This document shows positions 1 through 9,942 of a stretch of 64,000 bases of DNA, piece by piece. The notes under the pieces were generated by a model that saw only the letters and a program-made list of their open reading frames with translations, did no database searches and was not told where the DNA came from. Made by a program: the position numbers and the translations under genes. Location of the stretch: positions 32,001 to 96,000 of the forward strand of contig JBBIMI010000001.1 in assembly GCA_037444485.1 (NCBI GenBank), given 5' to 3'. This DNA comes from Candidatus Micrarchaeota archaeon (GTDB lineage Archaea; Micrarchaeota; Micrarchaeia; Norongarragalinales; Norongarragalinaceae). Position 1 is the first letter of the stretch; every line of letters begins with the position of its first letter.

Positions 1-659
1 AATTTAAAGCATCAAAAAAACAAAATCTAAAGAATTTTAAGGATTAATGATTTAAAACCAAACGGCGTGAATAAAAAAACGTTTTCGCGTTACTAGCAGT
101 AATCGCCGCAACAACTGTTCTAACTGCTTGCGTTCCCTTAAGCCCTGAAAACCGCGAAAAAAATTGGTAACGACGCTTGCAACGCCAGCCAAGTTTTCAA
201 ACCAGCCAAAAAAAAACCATCGCTTAAACCCTCGCCAATCAAACGCTTTACACGACCGCGAGAACGCGCCGAAAACGATTCCTGTTCGCGCGAGTGCTCC
301 TGCGCGCTTAAAGCAACTGCGAGGCACTGAAGCAACCGCGCATCAAGCGCGTCGCTCGGTTGCGCTGCAGCCGACTTCAAGCAATACATTACTTCAACGA
401 TTGCTTCAACGCCGAAATAATGCGTAAAGAATTCGGTTACACGACTCGAAAGCAGTTTAAATCCAGGATTATTGGAGTTTTACTAAGAGTTTTACTGCAA
501 TGGAAGATTAAAAAATATTCCAGCCAAAAATTCCAGTCAAAAATCAGTGCTTTTAAAAAGTAAGACCTACAACGCGGTAGTACTCCTCTTCAAACTTTTA
601 CGAGTTTGAGAGCAACTAGAAACCCCTGCAGAAATTAAAAATACTGAAATTAAAGAGAG

Positions 660-1175
660 GTGAAAAACAAAACGATTCTTGCAAAGCACGAAATCCTCGA
701 GCGCATAGTGCGCGACAAGCTCGTCGAAGGATTCGTTGACTTGAAGCGCCAGCTTCAGCCGGCAAGCATGGACTTAACCCTAGAAAGCGTTCACGCGCTC
801 GAAGAAAAAGGCGCGCTTGACTTCGACAACACGCAGCGCGTAATTCCAAAAACCCGCGAGTTAAAGTTTAACGCGGACAATTGGCTCGACCTCGCGCCAG
901 ACACTTACAAAATCCGCTTCAAGGAAACAATTCGTTTGCCGGACGACTTGAGTGCAATAACCTTATCCCGTTCTTCACTCGCCCGCTGTGGCGCGTTAAC
1001 GCACGCAGGCTGGTGGGACCCAGGCTACTGCGGACGCGGAGAAGCATTGCTTTCAGTCGGCGGTAAAGGCCTGCGCTTGAAGAAAAATGCGCGCGTGACG
1101 CAAGTTATTTTCTTAAAGTTGAACGACAAAGCACGCGAATTATACTCAGGAATACATAATAAAGAAAACATTTAA
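660..1175 (+). CDS. dUTPase / dCTP deaminase family protein (archaeal trimeric dUTPase-like)
   Basis: QLQPASMDLTL, SRSSLARCG, WWDPGYCGRGE and ARVTQVIF motifs of the dCTP deaminase/dUTPase fold. Confidence 0.85.
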   Translation: MKNKTILAKHEILERIVRDKLVEGFVDLKRQLQPASMDLTLESVHALEEKGALDFDNTQRVIPKTRELKFNADNWLDLAPDTYKIRFKETIRLPDDLSAITLSRSSLARCGALTHAGWWDPGYCGRGEALLSVGGKGLRLKKNARVTQVIFLKLNDKARELYSGIHNKENI

Positions 1176-1188
1176 TGACGGTGTTTTA

Positions 1189-1668
1189 GTTGATTGGAAA
1201 ACGCAAGCTTGAAACCGAATGCAAGCTTCAAAAAGTGCGTGATACAGTAAAAAAACTTGCAGCGATTTGGATTGATATTACCACATTGTTCAGTAGCAAA
1301 ATACGCGAAAAAACTCGTGAAAGTCAAAGGTTTTGACGAGGAACTCGCAGAATTAGGCGGCTTGCTGCACGACATCAGCAGAATCAACTTTGAAACAAGA
1401 GAAAACCACGCGGGGTACAGGCATTCTAGACGCCGAGAAAATCCTTAAAGAACTGAATTACCCGCAAGAAGTAATCGATGAAGTCAAACACTGCATCGAA
1501 TCGCACAACGAAAGCAAAAACAGTCGAGCCCAAGACTGCAATCGCAAAGATAGTCGCAAACGCGGATGCGATTACTCGCTTCGACGCTATTCCGATACTA
1601 ATCCAACTCGGTTTGAAGCTAGAACAACGATGTTACTAAAGCAGTTGCATGGACTTAAAGCAAACTAA
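1189..1668 (+). pseudogene. Degraded HD-domain phosphohydrolase
   Basis: HD-family segments (YYHIV..VAKYAKKL, ELGGLLHDI, EVKHCIESH, KIVANADA) are spread over several frames, with an in-frame TGA and frameshifts. Confidence 0.75.
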
Positions 1669-1871
1669 ACTAAAACTACGACTTTAAAAGAAGAAGATGA
1701 AGAACTTAAGAAAAAAGAAAAAAAGAAAACAAAAAAAAGAATTAAAAAGAAAACAAAAAATAATCAGGGAATTACTAGGGAGAACTGGAAGAGCTTGAGG
1801 AAGAACAGGAAAAAACAATTAAAGAAAAAGAAACGTTGAACGCGCTAAGCGCGTACGAAGATGGTTTTAAA

Positions 1872-2012
1872 GTGGCTAGCGTTGACTTTCTGTTCGCAAT
1901 CGACGACGTGATTATGGTAGTGGGCTTAATCCTGATTTTGTTTACTGGCGAACTAGTGTGGGGCGGACTGCTGTTCATCACTGGACTCGTCACACACTTA
2001 TCAGGATTCTGA
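1872..2012 (+). CDS. Small membrane protein (46 aa), not in ORF track
   Basis: GTG start; MASVDFLFAIDDVIMVVGLILILFTGELVWGGLLFITGLVTHLSGF has two hydrophobic segments. Confidence 0.5.
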   Translation: MASVDFLFAIDDVIMVVGLILILFTGELVWGGLLFITGLVTHLSGF

Positions 2013-2077
2013 AACCAGCAGTTCACTGGCATGGCGGCCTGCTCAAGTTTTTATTTCAGTCTACGCAATTTATTTGC

Positions 2078-2782
2078 ATGCTAGACTTTAATGCACTTAT
2101 CGACAAGTACTTGTACCGCGAGCACAAACCCAAACAAATAGGGCGTTACTACCCAAGCGAAGTCGGAAACTGTATCCGCAAAACATGGTTTTCGTATAAA
2201 TACCCGCAAGAGTTCGACGTAAACAAGTTACGCGTCTTCGAAATGGGCAACATCTTGCACGAGTACGTAATCAAAGTCTTTAAAAGCGAAAAAACGCCTG
2301 AAGTAAAACTCTTAAAAACAGAATTCCCCTTCCAACTTCCAGTAGACGATTTTACTATCAGTGGACGCGTTGACGACTTGCTTCTGCTTACAATAGAAAA
2401 CAAGGAACTCTTGGTTGAAGTAAAATCAACTAGCAGCATCGGCTGGATGAATAAACCCCAACCCAACCACGTAATGCAACTGCAATTCTACATGCACGCG
2501 ACTGGGGTGCACGACGGCGCGTTGTTGTACATCGAAAAAAACACGCTTCAAGCCAAAGTCTTTAACGTGCCTTTCACGCAGAACGCTGCAGACGAAGCTT
2601 ACGCCCGCTTTAAAGCGTTGCACGCATTCTTAAAGCACGATGAACTCCCGCCTGCGGAAGCCAAACTAGAGAAAGAAATCAACTGGTTCTGTAAGTACTG
2701 CGAGTACAAGCCAAAGTGTGACGCGGCCGGACTCGCGCAAACAGAACACGAGAAAGTCAAGCCGAGATGGACTAAAGCTTAA
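2078..2782 (+). CDS. Solo Cas4-like PD-(D/E)XK nuclease with 4Fe-4S cysteines
   Basis: PSEVGNC..K, GRVDD, VEVKS, QLQFY and C-terminal CKYCEYKPKC; ATG at 2078 preferred over the upstream start in the track. Confidence 0.85.
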   Translation: MLDFNALIDKYLYREHKPKQIGRYYPSEVGNCIRKTWFSYKYPQEFDVNKLRVFEMGNILHEYVIKVFKSEKTPEVKLLKTEFPFQLPVDDFTISGRVDDLLLLTIENKELLVEVKSTSSIGWMNKPQPNHVMQLQFYMHATGVHDGALLYIEKNTLQAKVFNVPFTQNAADEAYARFKALHAFLKHDELPPAEAKLEKEINWFCKYCEYKPKCDAAGLAQTEHEKVKPRWTKA

Positions 2783-2929
2783 AACCAATAACAACTACAA
2801 CAAACCAACACAAACACAACTGGTTTCAATCAACTAAAACCAGCTGAAAACAAGGTAACGAGAAATAGAAATAGAATAACAGGCGCGAAACGTAGGCACG
2901 AAAAGGTGTTACCGAAACGCATACTTTGC

Positions 2930-2963
2930 ATTACTTTGTAAAACAAATTACTTTGTAAAACAA
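2930..2963. repeat. 17-bp tandem duplication ATTACTTTGTAAAACAA x2
   Basis: Read directly; lies between convergent genes. Confidence 0.85.
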
Positions 2964-3021
2964 TTTTGAATCGCGTTGCTTGATTTATTTGGTATTAACT
3001 TGAATGCGTTTGACTCCACTA

Positions 3022-3519
3022 CTATTTTTGCTGGTTTTGTTGGTTTTGACCTTGTTTTTGCTTGAATCTCCACGTGTTTACGAGTGAAGTCCACTCGCTG
3101 CCGACGTGCTTCAACGCTTCCCCAAACCGGTTTGAAACAGAAAGCAGCATTTGATGCCGCTCGTCTTTAGTGCTTTGGCCGGACGGGTTTCGCCTGCTTC
3201 TGGCAAGCATTCCAACGCGCACGAGTTTGGGAATCACTAGATTTCGCAGCGTTGAGTTCGCAACCCCGTTTTCAAGCATCCACGCATTCAATTCCTGCCC
3301 TGAAACGCCTTCCCGCGTGCTTAAAAAATCTATGAGTTTCACCGCGATTTCGTATTGTTTTTTCTGTAGGTCTGGAGGGAATACTAGAGCTAGAACGTCT
3401 TTTGCTTCCCAACGCGCTTCCAAACTCATTGGAAGATCATCGTAAACGAATTTCAACGCGGTTTTTGAAGGAATTCCTCTAGAGAAAGGTGTTTTCAACG
3501 ATTCTGAAACGCGCTGCAT
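3022..3519 (-). CDS. Hypothetical winged-helix-like protein
   Basis: HTH-like segment (SGQELNAWMLENGVANSTLRNLVIPKLVRVGML) followed by a wing and a C-terminal helix. Confidence 0.6.
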   Translation of the reverse strand: MQRVSESLKTPFSRGIPSKTALKFVYDDLPMSLEARWEAKDVLALVFPPDLQKKQYEIAVKLIDFLSTREGVSGQELNAWMLENGVANSTLRNLVIPKLVRVGMLARSRRNPSGQSTKDERHQMLLSVSNRFGEALKHVGSEWTSLVNTWRFKQKQGQNQQNQQK

Positions 3520-4181
3520 TTTTCACCAATTCCTTGAACACTAAACACCATGATGGTGGGCGGCATGATAACGAAAAACAAGAAAACAATTCAAGTATTT
3601 AAATATTGTTATGGTATATAAAAAATTGTGGAAGGCTGGTTTTCGCGTTTTTTTACCCTCTAAGAGCGCGAGAGGTTACTCAAGCCGCCCAAAAACACGC
3701 TACAATACCGTAACGATGTAACGTAGCGTTTATGCGGATGCACTAACTCGTTATCGTTATAGTGTATTTATTTCCTGTAAAACGATTAGTGGAAGTTAAT
3801 ACTAATTCAATATAATTCCAGTAATCGCACGATTTTTGTTTTCCTGTTTTCGAAACAATCGAATTCAAAAGAATTCAAAACAATTCCAGAATTCTTGCAG
3901 GTGCGACTCCAAAAAATTGGTTTAGAGAAATGAATGCAATCGAATGCGCGCACGTGAACCGGCACAAGAATCAGCAGAACCAGCACGTGAACCAAATAAC
4001 AACTGGCAGAAAAACAAGAGAGAAAACACGAAAAAGAAAACACGAAAAAAGAAGAAATCGGAATCAAGAATTAAGAAAATTGAAGCCTAGCCCAAAACAA
4101 AAAACAAGAAAATAGAAAAACAAAACAGAAAATAGAAAAACAAAAAACAAAAATTAGTTCATACCGCGATGAACTTATTCG

Positions 4182-4475
4182 TTACTCGATGTATTTTTGG
4201 TGTTTTAGCGAAAATAATCGCAATGGCTCGCTTTTTCGTGGTTTTATTTCAAGTAAAACGTTGGAAGTGCGCTTAGTTTTCGAAAAAGCAATTTTACGAT
4301 TTTTTTTGAAGAAATCAAGAAGAAGATGGAACGCTTCAGCGACGCTAGTCGCCTTTTCGTTATTCGCTTGAAGTTCGCCGGCCAAAGCATGGATTTTAGG
4401 AAAATCCTCTTCAAAAATTCGAATCAAACGTGTTTTTTTCTTTGCCTTTTGAGCCAATCCTCTTTTTTTCGCCAT
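4182..4475 (-). CDS. Small basic protein, possible ribbon-helix-helix
   Basis: Beta-like TRLIRIFEED followed by two amphipathic helices (..TSVAEAFHLLLD); lies in an AT-rich region. Confidence 0.4.
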   Translation of the reverse strand: MAKKRGLAQKAKKKTRLIRIFEEDFPKIHALAGELQANNEKATSVAEAFHLLLDFFKKNRKIAFSKTKRTSNVLLEIKPRKSEPLRLFSLKHQKYIE

Positions 4476-5164
4476 TCAAACCACCATTTATATATTTACA
4501 AGATTAACATTTTAAATAAAGTAGATTTTGTTTATAAATTTATCTCTTATTAAGTGTTTTTTTATTTTATATTAATAAAATATAACTTTGTTGATGATGT
4601 AAATAAAATTTACAAAAATTAATGAATAATGGGTTAGAGAGAGTTCTATTGCTTTTGTTGTGATCGTATGGTTTTGTGCGTGAGTAGTTTGCGTAGATTT
4701 TAAATTAAATAATTAAATTAAATAATGTATTTTAGGGATTAAACTGCCTACTATGCAATTTTTCAAGTTGTTTTCCAAAAGTTTTTCAAAAAAATGCTTC
4801 GAATTGTGGCTATACCATAAATTATGAATTTTAGAAAAAATTGTTGAAAAAATCGCTGATTTAAAAAATACGTAGCCGCATTCGTATTGCTGTGTTTGAA
4901 AACAAAAGTTTTATCCAACATTTTGCATTAAAAATAATTCGAATTGAGAAAACTGTGAGAAAACTAGCTAAACCCAGAAAATAAACCCAGAAAACTGCCT
5001 ATTTTATTTTATTGTTATTTTGTTGTTTTTGTTGTTTTCGAGTTTAGGCAAAAGAATGCGTTCGAAATTCACTGAAATTAAATGAAAATAAATGAAAAAT
5101 TAATGGAAGTTGGGTCGGCGAGCGTTTAAATGCAGTTCTGCACACTGTATTCCTCATGGTGTAT

Positions 5165-5200
5165 TTTTCATGGAATTAGGTCTTTTCATGGAATTAGGTC
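5165..5200. repeat. 18-bp tandem duplication spanning the Lhr start codon (MELGLF-MELGLR)
   Basis: TTTTCATGGAATTAGGTC x2; gives two possible ATGs (5170, 5188). Confidence 0.9.
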
Positions 5201-7953
5201 TGCGTCCAGAGGTAATGCGCCTCGTCAAAGCAAAAGGCTTCACCGAATGGACTGAAATTCAGGAAAAAGCGATTCCACTCGTGCTTGAAGGAAAAAATAT
5301 TCTAGCAATAGCCCCAACTGGTTTTGGTAAAAGCGAAGTGGCTTTCTTAAGCATCTTGTCAAAAATCCTCGACGCACACGATGCAGGCGACAAACGCGGA
5401 ATTAAAGCACTATACATTACTCCGTTGCGTGCTTTAAACCGGGATTTGATGGAACGCTTATTGTTTTGGACGCGCGTGCTCGGAATTTCGCTTGCTGTAC
5501 GCCACGGCGACACTAGTGCGAGCGAGCGGGTAAAACAACGCGAGCAACCAGCAGAGCTTTTCATCACCACACCTGAAACTCTTCAATCAATGCTCGTAGC
5601 ACCTAAACTCAAAGACGCGCTCTCCAACGTCAAGTTCGTAGTAATTGATGAAGTTCACGAACTCGTCGAAAGCAAGAGGGGTTTACAGCTCGAACTCGGA
5701 CTTGAACGCTTGAGAGAAAAAGCACCGAGTTTTCAGACGATTGGGTTAAGCGCGACTATAGGCGACGAAAAGGAAGCTGCGCGCTTCGTTGCACGCAACG
5801 CGATAGTCGTGAAATCTAGTGTTGAACGCGGGTTGAAGGCAGGCGTCGAGTGCCCGGCGCAGCCGAAAACCGATGAGCTTGAAGAGTTGGGCGTAAGCAA
5901 GGAATCGCGGGCGAAACTCGAACGCGTTATGGATTTGATTGAAACACACTCGCGCACGCTATTGTTCGTAAATACGAGGTACGTCGCTGAATCACTTGGC
6001 AGCCTGTTGTTTGAAACGCGTTTGAAGGACGAGATTGCAGTCCACCACTCGTCGCTTTCGAGGGAAGCCAGGCTCGAGACGGAGAAAGAATTCAAGTCTT
6101 TCGGTGGAAAGCTGAAGACAATAATATGTACGAGCTCTCTCGAACTCGGCATCGATGTTGGAAGCATTGATTTAGTGATTCAATTCGTTTCCCCCAGGCA
6201 AGTGACGCGTTTTCTGCAACGCGTCGGGCGAAGCGGTCACAGCAAGCACTTGACACCCAAGGGTATTGTAATCGCTAACGACGCGCTCGACTGCTTCGAA
6301 AGCGCGGTCATCGTTTCCCGCGCGAAGAAAGGCTTGCTTGAACATCTTGAAATCCGTAAGAACGCGTTGGACGTCGTTGCACACCAGGCTGCTGGACTCG
6401 CGTTGGACTTCGAACAACTTACTGTCGATAAAGCTTTTTCGTTAATCAAACGCGCGCGTTCGTTCGAAACGCTTTCCATGCAGGAATTCATCGAAGTTTT
6501 AAAGCAGGCGAGCGACGCTGGAAACATTTCTTTCGACGGAACGCGTTTTTCAGCGAACAAGAAAACCAGGTTGTATTACTACGAAAACTTGTCGACGATC
6601 CGCGACGTGAGAAAGTACTTCGTGAAAGACGCGGACAAGCGTAAGAACGTCGGCGTTCTAGACGAAGACTTCGTTAACGAATACCTTTATCAGAATGCTA
6701 CTTTCATCGCAAGCGGTAGAGCTTGGCGCGTACTAAGCATTTCAGACGATGAAGTAGTGGTTGAAGCAACTCGCGACTTTGGAGCCGCGATTCCGGATTG
6801 GGTTGGTGAAGAAATCCCGGTAACGCGCGAAGTCGCCGAACAAACAAGCGAACTCATCGCGGAACTAGGCAATGCGAAAGAAAGTGAAGAACTAGCGCAA
6901 GAACTTTCTTGTTCGCAAGACGCATTGAAGAAAATGATTGAATTCGCGCGGGAACAAAAAAAATTCTTCGAATCAAAGGCCGGTGAGATAACAATTGAAA
7001 CCAACAAAAACTTTGCAGTCGTGCACTGTTTCGCTGGCACGAAAGCAAACGAAACTCTTTCCCGCGCGCTCGGCGCACTGCTTACCGCAAGCCTCGGCGC
7101 CAGCGTGCGAAGCAAAGCAAGCGCGTACGGCTTTCTCTTGGAATTCCCGAAAAACGTGGACGGTGAGAAACTCAAGCAAGCGCTGCAAGAATTGAGTGGA
7201 CGCAGCCTGCGGGCTATTCTTGAAAACGCGTTGCCGCACTCGACGCTCTTCCGCCACAAGTTCGTGGGCGTCGCGAAAGCGTTCGGAGTGCTGCGTAAGG
7301 ACAGCGAGTTGGGCGGCTTCGGCGTGCGCCGGCTCGTTGAAGCGTTGTGGGGCACGCCGGTATTCAAGGAAGCGTTGGAAGAAACTTTCTTCGACAAACT
7401 AGACCTGCAGACAGCTGCCGAAGCTTTGGGACAAAAAATCTCGTTGATTCAAGGCCGTGGCGAGTGGTCGCCTCTTGCCAAGCAGTTCTTCAACTACGGT
7501 GCTTTCAGCGAATTGATGGTTCCAGCAGAGCCGAATTCTCAAGTAGTCCAAGCATTCAAGCAAGAACTCTTGGAAAAACGCGTCCGCTTGTTGTGCGCTT
7601 ACTGCGGCAAGAAATTCGGGCGCACGCTCAGCGACGACCGCGTGCTTGCGTGCCCGTACTGTAAATCAACGCAGTTGACTCTAGAGGAATACGGTGAAGT
7701 GCTCGAGAAGAAAAAAAGGAAACGAGAATTAAGCGAAGAAGAAAAACGCGGGTTGCGTGAAGCCAAACGCGTAGTTTCGCTAATCGCAGCGTACGGAAAA
7801 CGCGCGTTGCTGGCGCTTGAAACGTTTGGCGTCGGACCCAAGAGCGCGTCGCGCGTTCTAGCGAGGCTTCATAAGACCGACGACGAGTTTTACGCGGACT
7901 TGCTGGAATCTCAAAAAAAGTTTATTAAAACAAGGCGGTTCTGGCGGTTGTGA
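5170..7953 (+). CDS. lhr: Lhr-family SF2 DEAD/DEAH-box helicase
   Basis: APTGFGKS, YITPLRALNRD, VRHGDT, IDEVH, LSAT, TSSLELGIDVG, QRVGRSGH, IPDWVGE and a C-terminal CxxC pair. Confidence 0.92.
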   Translation: MELGLFMELGLRPEVMRLVKAKGFTEWTEIQEKAIPLVLEGKNILAIAPTGFGKSEVAFLSILSKILDAHDAGDKRGIKALYITPLRALNRDLMERLLFWTRVLGISLAVRHGDTSASERVKQREQPAELFITTPETLQSMLVAPKLKDALSNVKFVVIDEVHELVESKRGLQLELGLERLREKAPSFQTIGLSATIGDEKEAARFVARNAIVVKSSVERGLKAGVECPAQPKTDELEELGVSKESRAKLERVMDLIETHSRTLLFVNTRYVAESLGSLLFETRLKDEIAVHHSSLSREARLETEKEFKSFGGKLKTIICTSSLELGIDVGSIDLVIQFVSPRQVTRFLQRVGRSGHSKHLTPKGIVIANDALDCFESAVIVSRAKKGLLEHLEIRKNALDVVAHQAAGLALDFEQLTVDKAFSLIKRARSFETLSMQEFIEVLKQASDAGNISFDGTRFSANKKTRLYYYENLSTIRDVRKYFVKDADKRKNVGVLDEDFVNEYLYQNATFIASGRAWRVLSISDDEVVVEATRDFGAAIPDWVGEEIPVTREVAEQTSELIAELGNAKESEELAQELSCSQDALKKMIEFAREQKKFFESKAGEITIETNKNFAVVHCFAGTKANETLSRALGALLTASLGASVRSKASAYGFLLEFPKNVDGEKLKQALQELSGRSLRAILENALPHSTLFRHKFVGVAKAFGVLRKDSELGGFGVRRLVEALWGTPVFKEALEETFFDKLDLQTAAEALGQKISLIQGRGEWSPLAKQFFNYGAFSELMVPAEPNSQVVQAFKQELLEKRVRLLCAYCGKKFGRTLSDDRVLACPYCKSTQLTLEEYGEVLEKKKRKRELSEEEKRGLREAKRVVSLIAAYGKRALLALETFGVGPKSASRVLARLHKTDDEFYADLLESQKKFIKTRRFWRL

Positions 7954-8111
7954 TTCTTGCTGTTGTAACTGTTAACTGCAAGCTCCGAAATTCTTTTTCC
8001 GCTTTCGCTGGCGCGGCGGCTCGCAAGTTTCAACGAATTCGTAATTTTCTTCGCTCGGCGGCTCGCGTTCTTCCAACTTTTTCTTGCGCACTTCAACTAT
8101 TTTCGGCTTCG

Positions 8112-8582
8112 TCAACCCACTACCCTCGGTTTTCTGGTGATTACTGTTTCATTCAACGCGTTCGGGTGCATCGCAAAATAATCAGCTGCTTCCTTGTTTA
8201 ACGCGTCGTTCGGATTCGGTTTTTCGAGTAATTGCTTTAACGCTTTTACTAGGCTCACTAGCGTCGTGCCTTCACTCCACTCGTTTAAAAGCTGAATGCA
8301 TACTTTTCCGTCTTCGCTGCGAATGTTCGGGTGAAAGATTGGAGTCAACCAAGTGACTTCGATTCCGCCAGCGTAAGGGTATTCGCGCTTCAAATCGATT
8401 TGAATAGAGTGCGACTCGCGTTTTTGTAGCGAGTCCCCGTTCTTAAACAAGCTGACGCCGCGCAAGCTTATTACGTAACTCGTCTTCGACTCGTTAACCT
8501 CAAAATTTTCTTTGCTGGCAACCATTTGTTGAAACTCGCTTTCAAGCCTGCGTCTCCAAATCGCTTCAGGAAGCATTGGCAT
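8112..8582 (-). CDS. E2 ubiquitin-conjugating enzyme (UBC fold)
   Basis: RRLESEF N-helix, EYPY, TPIFHPNIRSEDGKVCIQLLNEWS (HPN plus catalytic Cys), PNPNDALNKEAA. Confidence 0.93.
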   Translation of the reverse strand: MPMLPEAIWRRRLESEFQQMVASKENFEVNESKTSYVISLRGVSLFKNGDSLQKRESHSIQIDLKREYPYAGGIEVTWLTPIFHPNIRSEDGKVCIQLLNEWSEGTTLVSLVKALKQLLEKPNPNDALNKEAADYFAMHPNALNETVITRKPRVVG

Positions 8583-8620
8583 TACAGACTACCTCGAAAA
8601 AACAGTTGAATGATTTGACT

Positions 8621-8884
8621 TCAACCGCCAGTCGGATCAGGCATCAACAGCAAACGACTCCCTTCCTTTAAACCAGCGTCTGCCACCGTAATTTCAGGAT
8701 TCAAAACCTTATCATCAACAGTAGATAAAACAAAACGGTCTTTTAATTGAAGGTTTTCAGCGAGCACTTCCAAAACAGAGCTGATTGTGAAGCCCGGCTC
8801 TACCGCAACAACTATTTCCTTCCCGCTCGTGGTATGCGTTACTGTAATGTTGAATTCTTTCGAAGGCGAACTTTCCGATTCCAT
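8621..8884 (-). CDS. Ubiquitin-like protein ending in Gly-Gly
   Basis: TTSGKEIVVAVEPGFTISSV and TVADAGLKEGSRLLL resemble ubiquitin [20 protein letters not shown] and TLSDYNIQKESTLHL; terminal GG; directly upstream of the E2. Confidence 0.88.
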   Translation of the reverse strand: MESESSPSKEFNITVTHTTSGKEIVVAVEPGFTISSVLEVLAENLQLKDRFVLSTVDDKVLNPEITVADAGLKEGSRLLLMPDPTGG

Positions 8885-8984
8885 GCAAAAACCACCTCAA
8901 TTAAAGCACGTTAGTTAAAGCAAAAGATATTTGAACACAATATAATAATAAGTGTTGCGGTGAACAAAAGAGGTTTTTAAACCC

Positions 8985-9461
8985 GTGAATGAAGAAAAGA
9001 AAAAACCAAAGACAATAAGTGAGAAAGACGCGGTTCAAGAAGCTGGCGTTAAAGAAACCGTTGAAGAAGAAAGCAAGGAAACCGCTGAATCTAAAAACGA
9101 AAACACTAAAGAGGCGGAAAAACAACTAGTGGAAACAAGTGAAACGAGTAAAACAAGCGAAAAAGAAGAGAAGAAGCCTAGAGTGAAAGTCGTTGTAGAA
9201 CCAGTTTTCGGCGAACGCGGAACAAAACCCGTCATAACCGTCACTAGCGAGAAACCGCGTTTAGTGCGTGAAGTAGAAGAACAAGCTGCTCGAGACGTTC
9301 TGCCAACACAATCTCCGCCGGGCACGCCGTTAGAAGCGCGGAAACCCTTGACGCGTGAAGAAGTAGTTGAGAAAGCGAAACAGGTTTGGGAAGAGAACAA
9401 GCGGAAAAAAAGTGAAGGTAAGTTCTTCAACCGCTTAAAACGCGCGTTGAAACTCGGTTAA
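8985..9461 (+). CDS. Hypothetical charged low-complexity protein in the ubiquitin locus
   Basis: E/K-rich 158-aa ORF, co-directional with JAMM; C-terminal amphipathic FFNRLKRALKLG. Confidence 0.7.
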   Translation: MNEEKKKPKTISEKDAVQEAGVKETVEEESKETAESKNENTKEAEKQLVETSETSKTSEKEEKKPRVKVVVEPVFGERGTKPVITVTSEKPRLVREVEEQAARDVLPTQSPPGTPLEARKPLTREEVVEKAKQVWEENKRKKSEGKFFNRLKRALKLG

Positions 9462-9480
9462 AGTTGTTTAAAGCGGTGAA

Positions 9481-9942
9481 TTGATGTTCGAGGTTTACGT
9501 TCACGAGAAAGTCTTAAAGAAAGCTGAAAAACACTGCGCACGCGAAGCAGAGAGAGGACTAGAAGCGATGGGTTTGCTTTTGGGAAACGCGTTCACGCAC
9601 AAGGGCCGTGAGTACGTTGTAGTCGAAGACTATTCCACTGGCGAGAATGAAGCAACAAGCGTTTCGGTGCGCTTTACGAAGAAAGCGTTTTCTAAACTCG
9701 CGAAAGACTTCGAGGAAGGTGGACGCATAATCGTTGGTTGGAGCCACGCACACCCGTCTTACGGTTGCTTCCTCTCAGCAACAGACTTGAAGACTCAAAA
9801 CAATTACTTTAACGAAGATTTCCACGTCGCGCTCGTCATAGACCCAACGCACAAAACGTCGAACGGTTTTGAAAAAAAGTTTTTCAAACTCTGCGCTGAA
9901 GGCTACCGCGAAGCTTCCTACGCGGTAATCAAAGAAAAGTGA
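9481..9942 (+). CDS. JAMM/MPN+ metalloprotease (Rpn11/CSN5-like deubiquitinase)
   Basis: EAMGLLLG and IVGWSHAHPSYGCFLSATD (HxH-x7-S-x2-D), ALVIDP. Confidence 0.93.
   Translation: MMFEVYVHEKVLKKAEKHCAREAERGLEAMGLLLGNAFTHKGREYVVVEDYSTGENEATSVSVRFTKKAFSKLAKDFEEGGRIIVGWSHAHPSYGCFLSATDLKTQNNYFNEDFHVALVIDPTHKTSNGFEKKFFKLCAEGYREASYAVIKEK

Noticed and set aside
52..563. Short ORFs at the window start
   Set aside because: No recognisable motifs; overlapping frames on both strands.
3520..5100. Replication origin
   Set aside because: AT-rich, but no ORB consensus or adjacent cdc6 was recognised, and strand skew looks patchy by eye.
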